Positions 8,714-16,761 of a stretch of DNA of 20,000 nt are shown here, piece after piece. Below the pieces are notes generated by a model. The model saw nothing but the letters and a program-made list of their open reading frames with translations, was not told where the DNA came from and did no database searches. This stretch comes from an uncultured virus (IMG/VR IMGVR_UViG_3300007734_000752) (lineage: Duplodnaviria; Heunggongvirae; Uroviricota; Caudoviricetes), in IMG/VR virus record IMGVR_UViG_3300007734_000752; one strand, given 5' to 3'. Each line of letters starts with the position of its first letter. The first letter of the stretch is position 1. The position numbers were made by a program, and so were the translations under genes.

Positions 8714-10608
8714 TGGCACAGCTCTTACCGCCTATTCCTAAGGAACCGATTGAACCAAACTCCCATGTTTGGAGAGAGTGGTTTAATTCTATTAGGAACG
8801 TCATTGTTGGTACAGCCCAAGGAGTTATTTCTTGGGCCTCACTCAACTTTGATGGTAGTAACATTACAGATATTGTTACTAGGAACCACAACAATCTACA
8901 GACTATCCAAGGCGGTACTGCTAACCAGTATTATCACCTTACAGCTACTCAGCTTACAAACCTAGGTACCGTTACAACGGTCTCTGTAGCCACTTCTAAC
9001 GGCTTTGCTGGTACTGTGGCTACTGCCACCTCCACACCCGTCATAACCCTTTCTACAAGCATTACAGGGCTTCTAAAGGGTAACGGTACGGCTATCAGTG
9101 CTGCTACTTCTGGTACTGACTATGCTCCAGCTACTAGTGGAACATCTATTCTGTACGGTAATGGCTCTGGAGGATTTTCTAACGTCACTATTGGTACTGG
9201 TGTTTCTTTTACTACGGGTACTCTGTCAGCTACAGGATCTGGGGGCACCATAACTAGCGTTACTGGTACTGCTCCTGTTGCTAGTTCTGGTGGTACAACC
9301 CCTGTCATTAGCATGGCGGCTGCTACAACATCAGTAAATGGTTATTTAACCAGTACAGACTGGACTACTTTTAATAATAAAGGATCTGGCACTGTTACCA
9401 GTGTAGCTGCTATTACTCTTGGTACAACTGGTACAGACCTGTCTAGTACTGTTGCTAATGGTACAACTACCCCAGTTATTACGCTTCAAGTACCAACTGC
9501 TTCTGCTTCTAATCGGGGTGCTTTAAGTGCTGCTGATTGGACAACCTTTAATAGCAAAGGCTCAGGCACTGTTACTTCTGTTACAGGTTCTGCCCCTGTT
9601 GTGTCGTCTGGTGGTGCTACACCTGCAATCTCAATGGCTGCTGCTACTACGTCGGTCAACGGATATTTGACCAGTACGGACTGGAATACGTTTAACGGCA
9701 AGGGCAGCGGCACCGTTACCAGTGTAGCGCAGTCATTTACCGGCGGCTTGATCTCGGTTGCTGGCTCACCGATCACCACATCCGGCACTCTGGCTTTAAC
9801 GGTTGCTGGTACTTCTGGTGGTGTTCCTTACTTTTCTAGTACCTCTACTTGGGCAACATCTGCTGCGCTTGCTGCTAGTGCTATTGTAATAGGTGGTGGT
9901 GCAGGAGCAGCTCCTTCTACAACAACTACGGGAACAGGTGTTGTTACTGCTCTGGGAGTTAATACAGGTTCTGCTGGTGCGTTTGTGGTCAACGGCGGCG
10001 CTCTCGGCACACCTTCTAGCGGCACCGTCACTAACCTGACCGGCACTGCCAGCATCAACATCAACGGAACGGTTGGCGCGACAACTGCCAACACTGGTGC
10101 GTTTACCACGATTAGCGCGACAGGGAATATATCCAGTTCAGCAGGAAACTTTGTACCTGCAAACGGCTACGGCATCGACTTTTCTGCCACATCAGGAACA
10201 GGCACAAGCGAGTTGCTGGCTGACTACGAAAAAGGCACTTTTACACCGACAGTAATTGGAACAACAACCGCAGGAACAGCTACTTATGCCTATGCTGTGG
10301 GTAACTATGTAAAAGTAGGTGATGCGGTTAATTTCCAAATAATTATCAGTTGGAGTGCTGGCACAGGCACAGGCAACCTTGCTTTATCTAACTTACCTTT
10401 TACCGCTGGTGGTTCTTATTATTCTGTAAGCCTTGGTCGGGTTGACGCATTAGCATTAACTGCGTCAAATATCGCAACAGCGTATGTTGAAGGTGCTACA
10501 ACAAAAATAATATTTGCCCAAACCCCAGTTGGCGGGGGCGCAGCTTCTCAAGTTCCATACGATGCAAATGTTGACGGGTTGTTTGTTTCTGGAACTTATC
10601 TTATCTAA
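8713..10608 (+). CDS. Tail fibre protein, Thr/Gly/Ser-rich with internal repeats
   Basis: 631 aa. N-terminal VWREWF and HNNLQTIQGG...YYHLT motifs; repeated GTVTSV and DWTTFNxKGSG units; C-terminal GIDFSA...LADYEKGTFTP receptor-binding-type domain. Confidence 0.8.
   Translation: MAQLLPPIPKEPIEPNSHVWREWFNSIRNVIVGTAQGVISWASLNFDGSNITDIVTRNHNNLQTIQGGTANQYYHLTATQLTNLGTVTTVSVATSNGFAGTVATATSTPVITLSTSITGLLKGNGTAISAATSGTDYAPATSGTSILYGNGSGGFSNVTIGTGVSFTTGTLSATGSGGTITSVTGTAPVASSGGTTPVISMAAATTSVNGYLTSTDWTTFNNKGSGTVTSVAAITLGTTGTDLSSTVANGTTTPVITLQVPTASASNRGALSAADWTTFNSKGSGTVTSVTGSAPVVSSGGATPAISMAAATTSVNGYLTSTDWNTFNGKGSGTVTSVAQSFTGGLISVAGSPITTSGTLALTVAGTSGGVPYFSSTSTWATSAALAASAIVIGGGAGAAPSTTTTGTGVVTALGVNTGSAGAFVVNGGALGTPSSGTVTNLTGTASININGTVGATTANTGAFTTISATGNISSSAGNFVPANGYGIDFSATSGTGTSELLADYEKGTFTPTVIGTTTAGTATYAYAVGNYVKVGDAVNFQIIISWSAGTGTGNLALSNLPFTAGGSYYSVSLGRVDALALTASNIATAYVEGATTKIIFAQTPVGGGAASQVPYDANVDGLFVSGTYLI
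9244..9726 (+). repeat. Two 54-aa repeats (9244-9405, 9565-9726) plus a partial third unit in the tail fibre
   Basis: GTITSVTGTAPVASSGGTTPVISMAAATTSVNGYLTSTDWTTFNNKGSGTVTSV vs GTVTSVTGSAPVVSSGGATPAISMAAATTSVNGYLTSTDWNTFNGKGSGTVTSV: 47/54 aa identical by manual alignment. Confidence 0.9.
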
Positions 10609-10616
10609 AGGTCAAT

Positions 10617-12224
10617 ATGTCTTTAACAAAAGTTTCCTATTCGATGATTTCTGGTGCGCCAGTTAACATTACTGATTTTGGAGCGGTGGGTGACTCTAAC
10701 GGAACTACTGGAAACGGCACAGATGACACAGCCGCTATTCAAGCCGCTGTTACTTATGCAAACGTAAATGGGCTTAGTGTGTATCTTCCATCAGGAACAT
10801 ACCGAATCACTGCCCCAATTAATTTTGCTGGAGCGCAAACCAAGATGGATTTTGTTGGGGAATCAAATTTTGACACAGTAATTTTTGCTGATTTTACTTC
10901 TGCTACCCCTGTCGCAGCTTTGTCCGTAGCAAGCACAGACAGTGCTAGAACTTATGTTGGGTTCAGAAACTTTGCTCTTTTAGGTAGAAGCACAGCTAAT
11001 GTAAGCGGCATATACAGCAACTATGGAAGCGAATTTACAGAGTTTCAAAATGTTTGGGTTAGAAATTTTTACAATGGTTTTGTCATTGGAGTTAACTACC
11101 ATTTAAAACTCACAAATTGCCAAGCATGGGCTTGCGTAAACAATGGTTTTCAAATTGGATACACGATAGATGGCACTTTAGCACCTGCTAATAACGTAGG
11201 ATTGTTTGGATGTCTTGCCACTGGTAACGGGGCAAATGGTTACAATGTTGCTGCTTGTCGTGCATTAGGAATGGTGCAATGCGACAGCGAAGCCAACGTG
11301 TATGCAAACATCAATTTAGACACTGTGTATGGGGCTAGTCTGACTGGAATTTACATGGAATATGCCCCAAGTGTTCCGGGAAATCCACCAGCTCAACTTT
11401 ACATTAAAAACTCTACTGGTGTTGCTGTAAATGGCTTGTCAGTTAGCGCATTTGATAACAGTTTAAACCCAGTTATTCTTGTAGATGATGGATGTAACGG
11501 AGTTATTCTTAACGCTATTGCTATAGAAACGGCTGGATCGCCTACGTTAGCTGTTGGATTACTTGTAAGAGATAGCTTTGGTGTTGCATTGAATTCATCA
11601 TATTTCAATGGAATGAATACTGGTGTTTATTTGGCTAATGCAGCCCGTCTTTCAATTCGTGACTCAACCTTTGATAACTGCACAAATCCAGTAACGGCTA
11701 CAGGCGCTGGTGGACAATATATATATTGGGATCAAGCAACTGTTGCACAAGTTGCGGCATCTGCTCCTAACATTGCAAGCAATGTGTCTATCGATGTTTG
11801 GTATATCAATAACACAAAAAACAAGGTAGATCAAACTGTAGCGTTTAACGTATCCGTAAGCTATACAGATTTAGTTGCAGCGGGAACAAAAACGCTTATA
11901 GATAGTACATTTTTAGGTGAGCAATGGAGAATTCTTAACATTATTATTCTTGGTCTTACTCAATTTTCGGGTGGTGGCGGTAATCGTTTGCTTTCAGTAA
12001 CAGATGGTACGCATACTTATACCGTTTTGACTGCTGCTACTTTGGGAACTGCTAATATTCAAGCACAACTTGGTTCGGCATCAGTTCCTTTTTCAGCAGT
12101 ACCATCAGACATGGTACAGCCGACTACCGCTGGCGCAAATCTATATGCTGCTTATTCTGGCGGCACAACTGATTACACCGCTGGTGCTATTAATTTGACT
12201 ATTGTTGCTGAAAGAGTTGCATAA
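10617..12224 (+). CDS. Tailspike / depolymerase, pectate-lyase-like right-handed beta-helix
   Basis: 535 aa with the Pectate_lyase_3-type N-terminus VNITDFGAVGD...DDTAAIQAA...VYLPSGTYRIT, followed by Asn/Gly/Cys-rich beta-helix rungs. Confidence 0.85.
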   Translation: MSLTKVSYSMISGAPVNITDFGAVGDSNGTTGNGTDDTAAIQAAVTYANVNGLSVYLPSGTYRITAPINFAGAQTKMDFVGESNFDTVIFADFTSATPVAALSVASTDSARTYVGFRNFALLGRSTANVSGIYSNYGSEFTEFQNVWVRNFYNGFVIGVNYHLKLTNCQAWACVNNGFQIGYTIDGTLAPANNVGLFGCLATGNGANGYNVAACRALGMVQCDSEANVYANINLDTVYGASLTGIYMEYAPSVPGNPPAQLYIKNSTGVAVNGLSVSAFDNSLNPVILVDDGCNGVILNAIAIETAGSPTLAVGLLVRDSFGVALNSSYFNGMNTGVYLANAARLSIRDSTFDNCTNPVTATGAGGQYIYWDQATVAQVAASAPNIASNVSIDVWYINNTKNKVDQTVAFNVSVSYTDLVAAGTKTLIDSTFLGEQWRILNIIILGLTQFSGGGGNRLLSVTDGTHTYTVLTAATLGTANIQAQLGSASVPFSAVPSDMVQPTTAGANLYAAYSGGTTDYTAGAINLTIVAERVA

Positions 12225-12229
12225 CCGTA

Positions 12230-12290
12230 CCAGTTCGGACAACTGGAAAACTTAATATCTGACTGGATGGTCAGATTGGAAACAAGGAAA
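12230..12290 (+). promoter_or_regulatory. Intergenic double hairpin with GGA loops upstream of an RBS (putative translational control element)
   Basis: CCAGTT-cggac-AACTGG (12230-12246) and ATCTGAC-tggatg-GTCAGAT (12257-12276) are perfect stems; no U tract; followed by an AAGGAAA RBS. Confidence 0.5.
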
Positions 12291-12294
12291 CATC

Positions 12295-12528
12295 ATGTTA
12301 GAAAAAGTCATCTCTGTCGATTTGATTGAAGTTGTTGAAAACGGCTCAATTCAAGTTCGTACTAAAATCGCCATCAAAGAAGATGGCGTTGAAATCAGTA
12401 GCAAGTTCCACCGTCACGTTGTCGCCCCCGGCAATGACTACGCTGGCGAAAATGCCAGAGTGCAGGCGATTTGTGCGGCAGTGCATACGGATGAAGTGAT
12501 TGCGGCGTACATTAAGGAACAACTATGA
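12295..12528 (+). CDS. Small tail-fibre-associated protein (possible assembly chaperone)
   Basis: 77 aa (D.IEVVENGSIQVR...EDGVEIS..FHRHVVAPG), good RBS, ATGA overlap with the next gene; resembles small genes that follow phage tail fibres. Confidence 0.65.
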   Translation: MLEKVISVDLIEVVENGSIQVRTKIAIKEDGVEISSKFHRHVVAPGNDYAGENARVQAICAAVHTDEVIAAYIKEQL

Positions 12529-13019
12529 GCAATGTTAATCTCTCAGCGTTTGGCGGCGTCGGTTGGCAATTCTTCGACAACAACGGCGTGCCGCTGGCTG
12601 GCGGGCTGATCTACACCTACGAAGCAGGCACCACGACACCGCAGGCCACCTACACGACCAGTGCGGGAACGGTCGCGCACCCTAATCCGATTGTGTTGAA
12701 TTCCGCAGGGCGGGTGCCTGGTGGCGAGATTTGGTTGCTGTTTGCCAGCTACAAGTTTGTCCTGCAAACCTCGGCAGCGGTGTTAATTGCCACCTACGAC
12801 AACATCACCAGCGGCGGCGGTGTGCCTGTTATTTCCAACTTTACCGGCGACGGCACCACGGTCAGTTTTAGCTTGGGCAACGCAACCAACGAAAACACTA
12901 CAAACGTCTACATCAACGGCGTTTACCAGCAGAAAAACACTTACTCGCTTAGTGGGTCAAATCTGGTGTTTTCAACCGCACCGCCGATAACATCTTCAAT
13001 TGAAGTCAGCTTTACTTAG
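12525..13019 (+). CDS. Tailspike head-binding-like / adaptor protein
   Basis: 164 aa. N-domain QFFDNNGVPLAGGLIYTYEAGTTTP...NPIVLNSAGR resembles tailspike virion-attachment domains; C-domain FTGDGTT..F...VYINGVYQ...Y..SG..LVFSTAP is a small beta-sandwich common in phage tail proteins. Confidence 0.65.
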   Translation: MSNVNLSAFGGVGWQFFDNNGVPLAGGLIYTYEAGTTTPQATYTTSAGTVAHPNPIVLNSAGRVPGGEIWLLFASYKFVLQTSAAVLIATYDNITSGGGVPVISNFTGDGTTVSFSLGNATNENTTNVYINGVYQQKNTYSLSGSNLVFSTAPPITSSIEVSFT

Positions 13020-13030
13020 CAGGAGCAACC

Positions 13031-13495
13031 ATGACCGTAACCGTAAAAGTCCTTATCCCCGCCAAGACCGCAGGCATGGACAATCCAATAGGCTGTTGGA
13101 ATTGGACAGGCTTTAAAAGCCGTGACGGTTACGGTATTGTCCATTCAGGTAATAAATTGTTGAAAGCGCATCGCGTAGCGTATTGTGAGGCTAACCATAC
13201 GACTTTGGCTGAAATTAAAAATGTAGTTATCCGGCATAGTTGTGACAACAGGCAATGCCTTAACCCCGCGCATTTACTGCCGGGGTCTAGCGCAGACAAC
13301 ACTCAAGATCGACACAAACGAAATAGGGATGCAAAAGGCTCTACCAATGGCAATTCAAAGCTAACGGAAAGCCAAGTGCAAATCATTCGTACACAATATG
13401 AAAATTATGGCAAAAGAGTGTTGGCCGCGCAATACGGCGTGTCTGTTAGTTTAATCTCCCAGATTGTCCGAAAAGACATCTGGAAACACGTTTGA
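13031..13495 (+). CDS. HNH (His-Me finger) homing endonuclease with C-terminal HTH, fused to the first 14 codons of the downstream structural gene
   Basis: GCWNWTG...GYG...AHRVAY...RHSCDNRQCLNPAHL..GS.ADN..D is the phage HNH signature; KLTESQV...LAAQYGVSVSLISQI...W is HTH-like; AGGAG RBS at 13021-13025. Confidence 0.9.
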   Translation: MTVTVKVLIPAKTAGMDNPIGCWNWTGFKSRDGYGIVHSGNKLLKAHRVAYCEANHTTLAEIKNVVIRHSCDNRQCLNPAHLLPGSSADNTQDRHKRNRDAKGSTNGNSKLTESQVQIIRTQYENYGKRVLAAQYGVSVSLISQIVRKDIWKHV

Positions 13496-13570
13496 AAAGG
13501 ATATTAAAATGACAGTTACAGTCAAAGTTTTAATTCCGGCTAAAATTGCCGAAGCAACTCAAGTAACCCA
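13073..13570 (+). mobile_element. Inferred homing-endonuclease insertion cassette: HNH body, new RBS and recoded 5' end of the target gene
   Basis: Bounded by the duplicated peptide MTVTVKVLIPAK. Lower GC than flanks (26/60 at 13141-13200 and at 13321-13380 vs 38/60 at 12601-12660 and 39/60 at 13621-13680). Right boundary is approximate. Confidence 0.65.
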
Positions 13571-13844
13571 ATACACCGCCACCAACGTCACCACGATCAT
13601 CGACAAGTTTACGGCGACCAACTACAGCGCGACAGCGGCGACCTTGAGCGTGAATCTGGTCACGTCGGGCGACACGGCTGGCAATCAGAACTTGATTACC
13701 AAGACCAAGACGCTGGCGGCCAGCGAGGTATATACTTTCCCTGAGATTGTTGGCCAGGTGCTGATGGCAAGCGGGTTCATCTCCACCATTGCAGGCACCG
13801 CAACGGCAATCAACATTCGCGCTTCAGGGCGGGAGGTTAGCTAG
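13509..13844 (+). CDS. Small beta-rich putative virion structural protein (111 aa)
   Basis: The likely start is ATG 13509 after AAAGG (13496-13500), not 13464. Thr/Ala-rich sequence MTVTVKVLIPAKIAE...IIDKFTATN...YTFPEIVGQVL...INIRASGREVS. Confidence 0.75.
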   Translation: MTVTVKVLIPAKIAEATQVTQYTATNVTTIIDKFTATNYSATAATLSVNLVTSGDTAGNQNLITKTKTLAASEVYTFPEIVGQVLMASGFISTIAGTATAINIRASGREVS

Positions 13845-14221
13845 TGGGCGAGCAAGAACAAGCGGTGCGCGCCATATACGATTCGGTGCAAGACCGTTTG
13901 GCTTGCGATTTTGCGCCATTTGCGGCTTTACTAAAAGACTGGCAAATAGTGCCTTTGACGCAAAACAACACCGTAATTGGTGGTGTTATGTTACGCAATA
14001 ACGAGATTCACGTAGGCTATAAACGCCGCCCAAGCGCGTCAATTATGCGGCATATCAAAAGCACGTTAGGCGATATACTAACGCGGTTTGATGAAGCGGT
14101 AACTTGCGTAATGGAGACAAATACGCGGGGGCTAGAGTTCTGCCGCCGGTTAGGGTTTGTGCCTACATTGGTTGAAAATGGTTGTATCTATATGAAATGT
14201 ATGAGGTGTCCCTATGTATAA
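13844..14221 (+). CDS. GNAT-fold-like protein (P22 gp14-like position), cassette 2
   Basis: 125 aa; GTG start overlaps the upstream stop; EIHVG and motif-B-like NTRGLEFCRRLGF; precedes the pilot protein. Confidence 0.6.
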   Translation: MGEQEQAVRAIYDSVQDRLACDFAPFAALLKDWQIVPLTQNNTVIGGVMLRNNEIHVGYKRRPSASIMRHIKSTLGDILTRFDEAVTCVMETNTRGLEFCRRLGFVPTLVENGCIYMKCMRCPYV

Positions 14222-15119
14222 AGTCTATCTTAGCCGCGCTCAAACCCGCGCTTGGAGTTTGGATATGCCTATCGGTGATCCGACAGGCGGGCCTGCGTAT
14301 GGTGAACGTAACGATCCGGTTTCAGCCGCGATAAGCGTTGGCGGTTCGTTACTTGGATCAGTGCTTAGTTCCAATAGCGCGTCTGACGCAGCAAGCACCG
14401 CAGCGCAAGCATCGGGCGCGGCTTCGGATGCGTCCATCGCAGAGCAGCGCCGACAGTATGACCTTAGCCGCGCTGATTACGCGCCGTACCTTGCTGCTGG
14501 CACTGAGTCGGTCAACCAGCTTGCTACTGATCTAAGGCCAGGTGGACGGTTTGCATCTCCCACACCATTTGATTTTCAATACGACCAAAACACTGACCCC
14601 GGTTACGGATTTAGGTTTGACCAAGGAATGCGCGGCGTGAACGCTTCAATGGCGGCTAAAGGTATGGGCCTATCCGGTGCAGGTATTAAAGGCGCAACTG
14701 CGTTTGGTCAAGGCATGGGTAGTCAAGAATACAACAACGCTTTCAACCGCTATCTGACCGGCTTCAACGCCAACACGGGCGAACGAAACCAGCTCTATAA
14801 CCGATATGCGGGTGTAGCAGGAACAGGTCAAAATGCGGTTGGAGGCGTTACGGCACAAGGCGCGAACATGGCGGGTAACATCGGCAACGCCTACATGACC
14901 AGCGCAGCCAACACCGGCAACGCAGCAATGGCAGCAGCGGGGCAGCGTCAGTCGGCTTTTAGCGGCGCGGCTAACGTGTTAGGCCAGATGAACAGATATG
15001 GGGGTTACCGGTCACCTTATGGTGGCGGTGGCGGTGGCGGTGGCGGTGGCAACTACGCCCCAGTGCAAGAAGGCCCGTCTAATTTTAGCCAACCAAATAT
15101 GCAGGAACAAGGATATTAA
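14214..15119 (+). CDS. DNA ejection / pilot protein (P22 gp7-like), cassette 2
   Basis: 301 aa; DPVSAAI..GG hydrophobic segment, EQRRQYD...PYLAAG, DPGYGFRFDQG...AAKGMGLSGA...GQGMGSQEYNNAFNRY; Gly/Ala/Asn-rich. Confidence 0.75.
   Translation: MYKVYLSRAQTRAWSLDMPIGDPTGGPAYGERNDPVSAAISVGGSLLGSVLSSNSASDAASTAAQASGAASDASIAEQRRQYDLSRADYAPYLAAGTESVNQLATDLRPGGRFASPTPFDFQYDQNTDPGYGFRFDQGMRGVNASMAAKGMGLSGAGIKGATAFGQGMGSQEYNNAFNRYLTGFNANTGERNQLYNRYAGVAGTGQNAVGGVTAQGANMAGNIGNAYMTSAANTGNAAMAAAGQRQSAFSGAANVLGQMNRYGGYRSPYGGGGGGGGGGNYAPVQEGPSNFSQPNMQEQGY
15021..15050 (+). repeat. (GGTGGC)x5 perfect tandem repeat encoding 10 Gly
   Basis: ggtggcggtggcggtggcggtggcggtggc read directly from the sequence. Confidence 0.95.
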
Positions 15120-15121
15120 TC

Positions 15122-16759
15122 ATGGCTGAACTTAACTTTGGACTACTGACCCCGCCCGGCTCGCAGAGCATAGGCAACGCTTTTGCACAGGGCATGGATC
15201 AAGCAGCGGTGGCTAGGGCGCAGGAGAACCAGAACGCGCTGGCTCAGTACACCTTGAGCAAAGCAAAGCGCGAGGATGAACTGAACACTCAGTTGTTGGG
15301 TGATCTGCGAAACGCGACTACAAACGATGAAATATATCGTGCGTATCAACGAGCGGGCAAAGGTGACGTAGCGTCCAAGCTGCGTGGAGAAGGACTAACA
15401 CAAGACAAAACTCGGCTAGAAATAGCTGGGATGCCAGCAACACAAGCAAACACAAAAGCGCAAACTGCCGTACGTCACGGCACCGTTATGAAAAACGAGG
15501 CAACAAGGGTGCTTGCAGATCCTACCCTCGACAACGCAATGCGAGCTGTAGTTAATTTCGGTAAAGCTACGGGGCAAGATGTAACGCAAGAACTAGCAGC
15601 GATTACCGCTATGGGAAATGACCCGGTTAAAATTGCTAACTGGGCTAAAGGCCATGCAGTTACCGGCGAGCAACTGTTAAATCAAAGCAAACCGCCAGAC
15701 GTAGCCCGGTTAATAGAATACCGCAATAGTCTGCCCGAAGGCGCGGATCGCAACGCTGTGACGGCTATGATAGAAAAAGCGAGCAACGAAAATTATCAGT
15801 ATAATACTAATACTGGAACATTTGAACTCCGACAAGGTGGTGGCGCTGCGCCAGCATCCGCGCCGCGTGGGTTTGTCGATCCCGGTATAGCGCAAGGTGC
15901 GACGCCGGTACTGCAAGCACCTAGCGTTGACGAAGCACGTCGGCAGGCGTTTGCTATGAACGCAGCGGGGCTGCCGGTTAATATTCGGGGTGGTGGTAAT
16001 GCTTTGGCCGGCGCGCAACCGGCGGCAACGCCGCCGGATGTTAATGCGCTGCGCGCGCAGCCTGCCGCCGCTGCGCCGCCGTCAAACCCAAGAGAAAAAT
16101 TGGAAGACTTTCAAGCGGTTCTGGCGTTAGAAAAATTAGGGTATCGTCGAACACCCGAAGGTAATTTTGAAAAAATTTCCGGCGGCCCTGCGGATAAAAC
16201 CGTCGTAACAAGAACACCAGTGCAAGAAGGAAAATTCCGAAAAGATTTGGCCACTGATTACACTACCACTACCGCTACCACGCAAGGAATGCAAGATGTT
16301 CTTGACGCCATAACTGACGTTAAAAACTCTCCGGGTTTGGCCGGCGCAACGGGCATCTCCGGTATGGTGTATTCTTTTCCGGGTTCCCAAGCGGCGGCTG
16401 CTGAAACTAACTTAGCTAACCTAAGAGGTAAAGTTACTTCGTTAGGCCAAACCCTTGCAAACGCCAGCGGCAAAATTGGCCCTATGGCCGTACAAGAATG
16501 GACAATTGTTAGGGATATGGTTGCCGCGTTAGATACAGCGGTTAGCAAAGGCGAAACTATTACCCGCGAAGAATTAACTAAAATAGAGTTTGCCGCTAAA
16601 AATGTTGCTAAACGGGTACAAGATAAATTTGAAGGCCAATACGGCGACGAATTGAGCAACTACCCGCAATTTGCCACCGTTCCAGAACCAAAATCACGAT
16701 TAAGCGGCAAAATAAAACCCGCAAGTACCATTGACGCGCTGTTAAAAAAGTACGAATAA
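15122..16759 (+). CDS. DNA ejection protein (gp20-like position), cassette 2
   Basis: 545 aa, Ala/Gln-rich with ENQNALAQY, ISGGPAD and LGQTL...GKIGPMAVQEW motifs; lies between the pilot and the large ejection protein. Confidence 0.6.
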   Translation: MAELNFGLLTPPGSQSIGNAFAQGMDQAAVARAQENQNALAQYTLSKAKREDELNTQLLGDLRNATTNDEIYRAYQRAGKGDVASKLRGEGLTQDKTRLEIAGMPATQANTKAQTAVRHGTVMKNEATRVLADPTLDNAMRAVVNFGKATGQDVTQELAAITAMGNDPVKIANWAKGHAVTGEQLLNQSKPPDVARLIEYRNSLPEGADRNAVTAMIEKASNENYQYNTNTGTFELRQGGGAAPASAPRGFVDPGIAQGATPVLQAPSVDEARRQAFAMNAAGLPVNIRGGGNALAGAQPAATPPDVNALRAQPAAAAPPSNPREKLEDFQAVLALEKLGYRRTPEGNFEKISGGPADKTVVTRTPVQEGKFRKDLATDYTTTTATTQGMQDVLDAITDVKNSPGLAGATGISGMVYSFPGSQAAAAETNLANLRGKVTSLGQTLANASGKIGPMAVQEWTIVRDMVAALDTAVSKGETITREELTKIEFAAKNVAKRVQDKFEGQYGDELSNYPQFATVPEPKSRLSGKIKPASTIDALLKKYE

Positions 16760-16761
16760 TT

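Noticed and set aside
8713..12224. Diversity-generating retroelement or invertible tail-fibre cassette
   Set aside because: No reverse transcriptase or invertase in the window; the repeats differ at synonymous positions of all bases rather than only at adenines; no inverted flanking sites seen.
12230..12276. Rho-independent terminator after the tailspike
   Set aside because: Neither hairpin is followed by a U tract on either strand.
13464..13508. ORF-track start of the 126-aa ORF at 13464
   Set aside because: It overlaps the HNH end; ATG 13509 has an RBS and matches the duplicated N-terminal peptide.
13073..13550. Group I intron or intein explanation for the HNH insert
   Set aside because: The insert is almost entirely coding with no room for a ribozyme core, the HNH ends in a stop, no intein terminal motifs are present, and the downstream gene has its own RBS and complete N-terminus.
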